In this document: piece by piece, positions 23,201 through 35,000 of the stretch
Layout: each line of letters opens with the position of its first letter
How positions within the stretch are numbered: the first letter of the stretch is position 1
NCBI GenBank assembly: GCA_965644265.1
Contig: OZ286466.1
Coordinates: 24,490,001-24,554,000 of the forward strand
Length of the DNA stretch: 64,000 bases
Origin: Glycera tridactyla
Lineage: Eukaryota
Direction of reading: 5' to 3'
Notes under the pieces: model-generated
The model's input: the letters and a program-made list of their open reading frames with translations, nothing else
Databases searched by the model: none
Told to the model about the DNA's origin: nothing
Program-made: the position numbers and the translations under genes

Positions 23201-25958
23201 TCCGAAATCTGACACTATGTGGTGCTGTATTGCTTCCTGGAGCTCTGACTTCAGTGACCTGGTAGCTGTTTAGAGATGGCTGTCCAGAGGAACTTACCTG
23301 TCTAGTAGGCTCAGGGCATGACAAGACAGCCTCTCACCTGCCCGGGGCAGGTAGATTTCAAAGGCGGGCAGGTGGATTTCGAAACCTACCTGCCCAATGG
23401 ACTGGTAGGAAATGATATTAAATGCAATAAACATATAATGGGGGCATGCTGAAGTTTGAAGAGTGCAGGTAGATCTGAAATTTACCTGCCCACCGGGCAG
23501 GTGGATATTTTATTATTTCACGCCCTGAGGCTGGTGCACTTCAAAATATACTTGCCCCATTTGTATATAATGTACAGGGCTCCACAGTAACTCTTTACCT
23601 GTCCTTTGGTCAAGTGTCTTTTAGGTTCCCTCTTCATGATCCCCACCAACTTTCTACGATAGAATTATAGACAAAATCATAAATATGAAGCTGCCCAGTC
23701 TTCCTCTTGCTTGTAATGTGGGGCCTTGATTTTACCTATTTTCTCTATGATCTTCTTGAACTTTCCATTTGTGACTTCTCGAGATCACTGGTGTGCAGCT
23801 CATTTCATGTGGGTGGGTGGGTAAATGATGGTTACCGGATGATGACTCAAAAACTTTCAAGGCTAGCCTTCTCAAACTCTCCTGGGATATGGCATGACAC
23901 CTATTGATTTTGGGGCGGCCATGTTGAATTTCTAGGTCACTTAGTGGAAAAAGGTCAAAACTGTCCCTGGACAATAACTTCAATAGTCTCAGGGCTAGCC
24001 TTCTCTAAGTTGGTGTACGGACTGTCCCAGACTATGGTTGGACACCCATTGATTTTTGAGTGGTCATCTTTTATTTCATGGTCACTGTATGCAAAAAGGT
24101 CAAAATGGTTTTAGGACAATTCAGTTTAAAAGTTTCAAGGCTAGCTCTCTCAAACTTGTCATTTTTCAATCGATTTGTGATCCTTGTGATTGGAAAGTGA
24201 TAACTTCATATTTCAATGATAATCGAAAATAACAAGTGAGATGGAATCACCAGTGACCAGGCAAGGGGACATGGCGGAGAGTAGGCGTAATGCCTAATGA
24301 ATTACTAATGCAGTGTTATCCTTGTGTACATTATCCTTGTGCACATGATTCAGGACCTTTGTTTGTGTGACTAAATAGAAGATTCGTATCTTATCTCCAA
24401 GGATGTGATTGTTCCTCGGACCCGTATTCCCTGTATTTGGCCCGCATGCGGAGCAAAATGCGTGTCTATGTAATGGCGCAGGTTCCGTCTGTCCGGCCGT
24501 TTGGCCGTGTGGTGTAAACTTCCTGGTTAAAGTTTTTGGTTAAAGTTTTTCTTTGAGCCACTACTCTGTAACTAATCAAGCAATATTTCTGAAATTTCGC
24601 AATCATGAAGATCATGGGTGGCAGAATGGTGGGTATCAATATTGTTCCAATAACTTTCATGGAAGATGAGTTATTCAGGCTGGAATCCTGAATTTTAAAG
24701 CAACTTTCTACCAGCAGAATAGGAAAGAGTGAAGCATATGATGTCTATTACCGAGGCTGTTATGTAATGACACTGCCGGTCCTATGAATGGAGCCTTCTC
24801 ACATTTCGTCCTCTGTTATATAACTGTCTTTGCACCAAGTGGAGTCTGTCTGATCTCTTAATTAAATTGTGGAGGGCAGGGCAGGGGGTGGGGGCAGCAG
24901 GGAGTGGCCATGGGATGGTGCGGGGGGGGGGGGGATGGTTGAGCTGGGGGGGGGGGGCGGTGGCAGTTGCAGCGGGATTGGACAGTGAGAGGAGCAATGG
25001 CAGGGGCGGAAAGAGCCTATCAAATACCTGTGACCTTGACCTTCATTTTGAAGGTCATGACCTTGACTTTGAAAACTTCAAGCTACATCCATCAAATTTT
25101 TGCCAGACATGCACCAATGAATGGGGGACAATCCCATCGAATGTGGTTGACCTCGACTTTCACCTCAAGGTCATGACCTAGACATTCAAAATATTTTGTT
25201 ACGCCAATAACATGAGAATGCTTGGAGCTACATTCACCAGATTTACACCATACATGCACCGCTGGAAGCAAAAAAAGCCTATCAAATGTCAGTGACCTTG
25301 ACCTTCATCTTTCAGGTCATGACCTTGACTTTGAAAACTTCAAGCTACATCCATCTAATTTTTGCCAGACATGCACCAATGAATGGGGACAATCCCATCA
25401 CAGTGTTTGCGAAAACACGTCGGACCGTCGGACAAATCCGACGTAATATCTCAATGTCCGGCGTGAGCCACTATTACGTCAGACAATTTTGTCTGGCAAC
25501 AATGAATGCTGAGTATCCAGAGAAATTGCGGAATAACCAGGAGCAGCCTGTGGTCCAAGAAAGGGGTCATATTTTAGGAGCCTTTGCTAAATGATCATGA
25601 AAGTGACTGTACTTCCTGCTATACAGACTCCCCTCTCACATGAGCTGATGTATCATACACCCAGATCTGACCTTGACAAGAGGGGGTCGAGGGGTGTCTG
25701 AGGTTAGAGGGGTACAAGCACTGAGGGTCAGGCAGCATCACCTAATCTAATTAGTGCATGGAATACCACAAGGTGGTTGTCTTTGTATCTCAAATGTTGT
25801 TATAAAGTGGTGCTCATGATGCATATGCAACACTAATAGTCAAATTAGTACAAAAATCTCACATGGCAGGTATGGATTTCCATTAATTTTCCAAATTCCA
25901 AACCGGGTCTTTAATGTGCAAATTCTGGATGACACCCAATGTACATCTCCTATTTGAT

Positions 25959-26049
<91 letters not shown>

Positions 26050-29000
26050 GTGTGGCTATTCATAAGGCTAGAATGAAAGCAAAGTCAAGTACAGTCCAAC
26101 TGCCTTGAATGTTACTGAAATGTCCTCTTCTAAAATATGTGGATTCTAATGAGAGGTATATTTGATCAGTTATGTGATTGGCTCACAACCGAAAACTGAA
26201 AAAAAAGCAGGAGGCTCCTTTCAGCAATATTTTGTAGACTAACAAAGCCTGACAACTGCTGCTTCTCTGCTACTTTAACTTGATATAAACTCTGTGCTCT
26301 AACCAAATATTTTGGTCCGATTTTCATGATCTAAAGCCAAAATGGTCAGCATAAAATGCTCCGATCCGTCAAATGCATGACTTGCTGCATTTGTGATCTT
26401 GAACATGGAAATCTGTGGATCCGCTGAACAATCACATTCCTGATTCGATTGCTACATGCCAGTGAACCTGACTCAAACCAAAACCACATGATCAAATCTT
26501 GAAATAGACGCCATCCTAAAAATTATGATAAACATGCTAGGTTGATACAGGCAGTCTTTGACACAACTTCGAATGACCATTGAAACCTACGTTAGAGACC
26601 TACGTTTGAAACCACTTTTCCATCACTGAAGGGGTTGTGGTTATGAGCAGGGTCAACTTTCTCAGCATCTTTAATTACAGTGACGAATGGCACATAAAAT
26701 TGTGGAAGGACACATTGAATCATATATCTTGTGCCTAGAAGGCACATGGAATTTTCCATACTTTGATATGACTACATGGTTTGAGGCACACACAAATCTG
26801 AAATGGCACATGAAATCTGCATCAATGTGCCCGAAAGACCCATACATATTCCCGAGCAAGAAATTCCCTTGGAGACCACCCAACAAAAGACCACCTCCGG
26901 CAGGAGACCACTTTTTCGGGGCAGTTGTTTATCATTTGACACATTCAAATATACCTCTGAAGAGAGACCACCTGATTTGAGAGACTGCTTTTGGGTGTCA
27001 TTTAGGGCGGTCGCTTGTTGCAGGTTTTACTGTACATTTTTGGTCAGGCACTTTACACATGTTCGAAGATTAGTTGAAATGTCAGACGTGAGCCATTTTC
27101 ACGTCTGACAAATTTGTCAGACATGAATTGGAAATGTCAGACGTGAGCCATTTCCACGTCTGACAATTTGTCAGACGTGGCAAAAAACTTTTCGCGAACA
27201 CTGCCATCAAATGTGGTTGACCTCGACTTTCACCTCAAGTTAGCCTGGTATTGCGCTGAGCCATCGATATATGCACCACTGAAAGCAAAAGAAGCCTATC
27301 AAATGCCTGTGACCTTGACCTTCATTTTGAAGGTCATGACCTTGACTTTGAAAACTTCAAGCTACATCCATCAAATTTCTGCCAGATATGTACCAATGAA
27401 TGGGGATAATCCCATCAAATGTGGTTGACCTCATCCTTCACCTTCGAGGTCATGACCTAGACATTTATAATACTTTGTTACTCCAATAACATGAGAACTC
27501 TTGGAGCTACATTCACCAGATTTACGCCATATATGCACCATTGAAAGAAAAAGAAGCCCATCTCCCAGGTCATGACCTTGTTACTGCGATAACTTGAGAA
27601 TGCTTGGAGCAAAAGATTATGCTTGCTAGATTCAGCTGCTTGGATGAATTAGCGGCGCACATGCGTGATTTATGCCTTGTTTTATCACAAGTGCAGCAAT
27701 CCATGCATATGGCAGAAAAGAGCATTTTATGCTGATTATTTTGGATTTCCGATCAAGAAAATCAGACCAGCATTAGTAGAGATAGAGCACAGTTTATATG
27801 CAGTCATAGTACCCATTAGTTAGCAATTGTGGGGGTTTCTGGGTCCGAGATTCTGGAAGCAACTCTGATTGACTACTGCCGTTCTCTACTATTCATGAAT
27901 ATCCAAAGTTGACCTTGCTGCTAGCTTGGATTTTTTAGCTGCTTGTCCAATATGGTCTCAACTTTTATAATTTCGCTAGTTTCTGGAACTGATGTTGGTG
28001 TACCAAAGTGCTTAGAGTCTTTGGTCCACATTTCTAAAATAAAAATTCCAAGAATAATTTTTCATTCCAGACTTCTGATATCAAATTATTTTGAGTATTC
28101 TCTAAGAATTTGAATGACTCCAAAGTCATGCTACAAACTTAAGGTCTGGGTTGCTTGAGGAAGCATTGAATGTATCGGTCTTACATGAAGGTGAATTGTT
28201 TTCGCTAAATTGGCAAAAAAGAAAATATCTAGCCCATGGCTACTTGGCTCATAGAAACCAGTTTGTATGTTTTTTTTTTAACTTGAGCATTTTCATCTGT
28301 CAGTGGAGCTAGACACAATTTTGTTTTATTTTCAGGATCCTAATCCAGTTGTGGTCCGGGACCCCCGTTCCCGGATGAAACGGTTCTGGGTGCGGAAAGA
28401 GCCTGCAAACTTACCAGTTCCAAAGTTTGTGGTATGTATCTGAAGTTTTCATGGGAATAATAAGTGTTGCAGTCGGTGGATCATGATCTGAACGCAATCT
28501 AGCGAAGTCATGGTTATATGAATGTCGTGCAGGAGACGAAGGAATTTTTTGTCATACATTCGAAGCAGATTCAGTGAAATAGAGGCACAGAGTGTAAAGA
28601 TGATGACAAGTTTGCTATCTATATAGTATGTTTCGTTCGAGTAGATGTGTCAGTTTGTTATTCTGACACCTTCATTTATACGTCATGCTTGTACAGAGGT
28701 TGATACATGTATCAACCATCGGTGAATAAAGAGATCAGTGATCAAACCTATCCTGGGTCAACTTCTCATTCGAGGAATATGTATTTTCACTCACCGAATT
28801 TCTAATCTCATTGATTGTAGGAATTTGTTTGCAATCATTTCCAGCCCATCATCAGCCATTATTGATCATTAGATACCGGTCGGTACCTGTATTATAAAAT
28901 GAAAAATAAATGAGTCGTACAAAATCACATGAATTTTTTTCTCGCCCAGAATCTCCTAGCTTAATCTATGTCTCCTTAGCTGACAGGTATTAACAAATAC

Positions 29001-32000
29001 CCCAGTTGAGGTTTCTGTGAACCTGAACACTTGGTCTCATGATGTTTTCTCTTTGTAGTACGACCACTACTACATAGGAACACCTTTGCCAAAGGAAGTT
29101 ACCCTGCAGAATCTGAATGACAACATTGACACCAACTTCTTGGAGAACATGTGTAAAGGATTCGGTGTGATAGAGGAAGTCAAGGTGTACTACCACCCGA
29201 AAACGCGCAAACATCTTGGCATCGGCAAGGTCAGTTGATCCCTGAGAATTCACCATCATTGTAGAATTACGATGTTAGATTTTGGAGCAGTCAGCTCGTC
29301 AGCCATTCTTATGAGTTAATCACAGGAGAGTTCTGATGGAGGTAGGAATGGAGTCAGAACAAACTCTCATCCATCCTGTGGCTGAAGTGGCCATGATTCC
29401 CCAGCTTCGCATTTGAGAATACTTCATCAAATGGAGTAGAACTGCTTTTATGCAAGTAGATTGGTTATTCCAGTCAAAATTTGGGAAGTTGATTTCAGAT
29501 TGCTCTATATCAATCGGAGACATGGTACATGATGATATATTTGCCTCTGAAATTCTTTAAAATTGAACAAGGTCATGTATATGACTCCAAATTATATCAA
29601 ATCCTCCGCAAAGAATAAGGTTTCTTCATTTGTAATGATTCAGTTCAATTGGTATGTTGGTGTTAAAAAAGTCAGGGTTTGTCTCACCGTACCTGCTCAA
29701 GAGACCACCCCTGTACAAAGACCACCTGCTCAGAAGGGCCATCCTGGGCTGCAACCATGATAGTATTTTCAGTAGATAAAAACCTCTCTAAAGCAGGGAT
29801 TTCCGGGTTTTTGATCATAAATGAAGCATGCAATCCATGATATGGTGAAAAAGAGCAATCCATTCTGATTATTTTGGATTCTGGATCACGGAAATTGAAC
29901 CAGAATTCATGAAGATAGAGCACAAAGTTTTGATGCAATTATAGTAGTCATTGGTCCGCAGTCCTTTGGGTTTTTTGGTCCACATAATCTTGGTGAAACA
30001 CACCTCCAGTCAGGTCTTCAGGGTGTTTGGTTGTAAGCCAATCGCATCCCTGCTAGAAAGGCCACCTTCCCAGAATGACTGCTTTTCAATGCAACCAATG
30101 GTGGCCTTCCATACAGGTTTGACTCTATATCAAAGTGAGAGATGCTACTGTCTCTTTTACTCTTGCAGGTGCTGTTTACAACAACACGGGCAGCGCGAGG
30201 ATGCCAAGAAAAGCTGAATCAGACATCCAAGATGGGGAACATCATGACTGTCCTTGTAGACAGCATGGGTATGTATGTTTGTCAACTAATTTGTGAATAC
30301 AGTGAAACCTGTGCCAAGAGACCACCTCTCATCACAGGTTTCACTGTACTAATACGGGAATGCATTTTGAGATTGAGATTCTCGGAAACATAGTCCTCCG
30401 AACTGATCGAACATATTCAGAATGTTTGCTTATTTCTCCATCTGCCAGTAATGGAAGTTTTCTATACATTTCAAGGACATTCAAATCGACTGATGATGCA
30501 TATTTCATATGAGAATGGGCCCAGTTGGCCTACAATGTGGAGGTATGATTCAATGTAATGGCAGGGCTCTACATTAACTTTTTTCTTCAGGTGTCCTTGG
30601 GGCAGGTGAAGTGTGATCTTTACCTGCCCACCCTGTCATTTTCTCCTGCCCTACTGAATATTTTCATAGCCTAAATAATGGTGGAGTACCTGCCCATCGG
30701 GCAGGCAGACTGATGAAATCACCTGACCTAACAACAAATGTACCTGCCTGTGCCAGTAGGGCAAACCCTTAGCGTAGAGCCCTGGATGGGGATGAAATCA
30801 AATTCTGCGGCAATCCATTTTTTGTAAATCACATTTTTATACCCCGCTCTTGAAAAAGCGGGGTATTATAGTTTCATCTCCGGTGTCCGTACGTACGTAC
30901 GTACGTCCGTCCGTCCGCTCACATTTCATGCAATAACTTTGTATTGGCTGGTCCAATTTTCATAAAACTTCATAACTGTGATCTATGTAGAAATCGTATT
31001 CCAGAATTTGATTTTTGTACCCAAAGGTCAAAGGTCAAGGTCACAGGAGCTATTTATAGATTTTCTTATTTTACACTCTAACTCAAGCTAGCCTCAATGG
31101 ATATGCACCAAACTTACACAAAGTAATGTCCCAATGGTGGGCCACCTCCCTTCCGTTGCATGTGACCCTAGGTCAAAGGTCAAAGTCACAGGAGCTATTT
31201 ATAGATTTTCTTATTTTACACTAACTCAAGCTAGCCTCAATGGATATGCACAAAACTTACACAAAGTGATGACCCAATGGTGGGCCACCTCCCTTTCGTT
31301 GCTTGTGACCCTAAGTCGAAGGTCAAGGTCACAGGAACTATTTATAGATTTTCTTATTTTACACTCTAACCCAAGCTAGCCTTGATGGATATGCAACAAA
31401 CTTACACAAAGTAATGACTCAATGGTGGGCGACCTCCCTCTCATTGCATGTGACCCTAGGTCAAAGGTCAAGGTCACAGGAGCTATTTATAGATTTTCTT
31501 ATTTCACACACTCACTCAAGCTAGCCTCAATGGATATGCACCAAACTTACAAAAAGTGATGACCCAATGGTGAGCCCCTTCCCTTTCGTTGCATGTGACA
31601 CTAGGTCAAGGGTCTAGGTCACAGGAGCTATTTATAGATTTTCTCATTTTACCCTCTAACTCAAGCTAGCTTCAATGGATATGCACCAGACTTACCAAAA
31701 GTAATGATGTAATGGTAGGCCACTTCTCTTTTGATGCATTTGACCCTGGGTCAAAGGTCAAGGTCGCATGAGCTATTTATAGATTTTCTTATTTTCCACT
31801 CTAACTCAAAGTAGCATTGATGGATATGCACCAAACTTACACAAAGTGATGACCCGATGGTGGACCAATTCCCTTTCGTTGTATGTGACTCTAGGTCAAA
31901 GGTCAAGGTCACAGGAGCTATTCATAAATTTTCCCATTTTACACGCCAGCTCGAGCTTGCATTGATTGATATACACCTAAGTTTCACAACGTAATGACCC

Positions 32001-35000
32001 AATGGTGAGATATCTCCCATTCGATGCAGGTGACCCTGGGTCAAAGGTCAAGGCCGTAGGAGCTATTTTTAAATTTCTGCATCTCACATGATAAATCAGG
32101 CTAGCATTGTTGGATCAAACTGATCTGGGATGATCAAGCAATGTTACAACATCTCCTTTACAATGCATGTGACCCTAAGTCATAGGTTGAGGTGAAGGTT
32201 TCAGGTGCTACTGTTTGATTTTCTTATTCTACACAGTGATCCAGTGACTCATTACCTAGCCAACCAAACATCTCAATGACCTTTTCCGATGTGGGTTACC
32301 CGCTGTGCTCCCGTGTGCGATATGGATTACCCACTGTGCTCCTGTGTGCGGGGTATCTTGCCTCTCTGTGGCCTTGTTCGAAATCACACACCGGATCTCA
32401 TTCTGGATCAGGGCTCTACGCTAATGGTTGCCTTACTGGCGCAGGCAGGCAGATTTGATGTTAGGGCAGGTGATTTTGTCAATCTGCCTGCCCTATGGGC
32501 AGGGGACCAATCATTATTTGGGCTATGATTATATGCAGGAGGGCAGGTGAAAATGACAGGGAGGGCAGGCAGAAATCATAATTCATCTGCCCGAAGGACA
32601 GCTGAAGAAAAAAGTTAGAGTAGAGCCCTGTGGATATCCATCATGACAGAGATGCCGCCAGGCTGCGCGATCGCGGGATGCTCGCGATTCCTCCATCATC
32701 GCCCGCGCTCCATGAGCATCACTGCGTGAACGAAAACGCGATATCCCGCAATTAGATTCAGCCAGTGCGCGAAAAAAAATCGAGAAATATGCGGAAAACG
32801 TTAGTCATTTCTTCAAACACGAACGATATTCGGCCATCTTGATCGAGAACTGCGCAGCTTTTGCCGTGAGACTCGTAAAAACGTCTTCTGCGCATATTGT
32901 TTTTCGCGTTAGTTCCCGATAATTCCGCGATGTGGCGCTGTTCGCTTCTTGGTTGAGGCAATCGCAGCGCCACTCGGCTCGCAGTGAGATTAATGCAAAC
33001 GATCGGCAGCTTCGTTTTGGCGCGAAAATTTGAATGCTAGTATGGTGAACGTGTCAGATTGACTAAGTACCCAATCAGTGAGTGAGGTTATTCCAATAAT
33101 AGTCAAACCTGCTCAAACCACCTTCCCTAAAAGACCACTTTCCTACTAAAACCCCTTTTTTCATCCAACCAGTTGCAATGATTTAACATACTTTTTTCAA
33201 ACAAATTTTATTTGATTTCTATTTGAATTGGCTATAGTGTTGTACAATTTAATGTCATAATACGACTTCCAGGTATCAAAAAACGTTCCTGAAAATTGGA
33301 AATGAAGATCCCCCTCTTCATATGTCAAATCCCCCTCATCTCAGAAGTCTGGGGGGGAATTCCCCCTCCGGGAAAAAATCCTGGAAGCATCTCTGTCATG
33401 ATGATTCCACTAACGGCATGAACATGGGTATGACCAGATGGTCAAGAAAGGTCTTGGTATGTCTGTAGGCTGGAGGAGAGTGTGGCAGTTTGAGTAGCTC
33501 ATCAGATAGATTGAATGCTCCTACACCACGATTGCATCCGGGGGGGGGGGGGGGTATTTCACAAATTTTTTGACAGTGGGCCCCTTTTCAAGGCAATGTA
33601 GGGGCCACAATCCACCAAGAGGTTGCACTTTCTCATATTAAGTGAACCCATTCCATGCAGAAATGCCCCCTTTTCTTGAATTTGAGGGGGCGAATGCCCC
33701 CAATTTTGAAAATCCGGGATGCAACCTTGCTACACCGGTTGGGTGTTATCGGTGCCATGCTGGGGATCCAGGTCCAGATCCACAGCCAGAAATGCGATGA
33801 TTTTCAAGAATGCAACTTATACATTTCAATGGTGCATCATGAAATTTAGTTGCTTCATATGAGTGTTTGTTTTCTCTAGCATAATGTAATATGTCATACA
33901 TTGTTTCAGGCCAAGACCGAGCGCGAATTCTGGATGAGTTGACATCAGAGAAGCCCAAGAAACCCCCCTCACCTAAGCAGGATCCTCGATCGAGGGCGCG
34001 TAACTTCCGCGATCCAAGGGATCGCCGTGAAGCTGCAGCGCCTAGAGATCTGCCCAATCACCAGGAAATCCCGGCACCTCGCGAGATTCCATCTCATAGA
34101 GATGTTCCAGATGTCAGCAAAGATGCTCGAGATCCACGGGGCCCAAATAATTTCTCGTCAGCACCACCAGGGGCGCCCCCTCCAGACACATATAATGTGC
34201 CGGATCGATACGGTGCCACGCCGTCGGATAGTGGTTATTCAGGTAGTGATCGTTACGGCATGACACCATCGGATGGCGGGTATTCTGGAAATCAGAGCGA
34301 GCATGGTTTTACACCTAATACGCCGCACAGCGGTGGTGATTTCACACCACAGACTCCGCGTACTCCACATATTGGCAATTATCAAGCAGAGGGTGGTTAT
34401 GGACAGTTCCAGAATGTTGGTTACATGCAGCCCCCGCCACCATTGCCCAACATGAATGTGCCACCACCAGGCATGAACATGCCACAACCACCACAAATGA
34501 ATATGAATGTGCCCCCAGTTCCGCACAATATGAACATGCCACCTCCACCTGTGATGAATCAGAACTTTCCCTCATATGGAATGCCATCACAACCTCCTTT
34601 TGATATGCATCAGTCTATGCCGCCACCATCCCCATCTTCATCCTCTTCATCACATCGTCATCACACATATAATCATGATACATCATATCATCGAAAAGAT
34701 CGAATGCATGAGTCCCGTGATTTTGACACTGGTAGAGGTTCACGCAGTCACCATTCAGATCGCCAGGATCGTAACAAAGACAATTGGCGCCGAAGAGATC
34801 GGCGGGACAATGATAGAGACTGGGATAATGACAAACGTTGGGATCGCGACCGGCATCGAGATCGAGATCGTGATCGTGATCGTGACAGATATAGGGATCG
34901 AGATCGTCGGTACAGATCTCCTCCCCCACCAGTTGAACGTGCCCCAAGTCCCGAACCTGAACGACCACCGCTAGTTCCCAATTTGAGTCTTGAATCTCGT

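Larger units (their letters stand above)
25010..27590. repeat. ~262-bp tandem units rich in TGACCT/AGGTCA, interrupted by a nested element
   Basis: Units marked by GCCTATCAAAT at 25016, 25278 and 27295; the sequence resumes seamlessly after the 25401-27203 insertion. Confidence 0.8.

Noticed and set aside
28598-28670. C/D-box-like stretch (ATGATGA ... CTGA, ~70 nt) in a SETD1 intron
   Set aside because: No convincing terminal stem, and only ~8-nt complementarity to rRNA segments recalled from memory; compatible with chance. snoScan/Infernal would be decisive.
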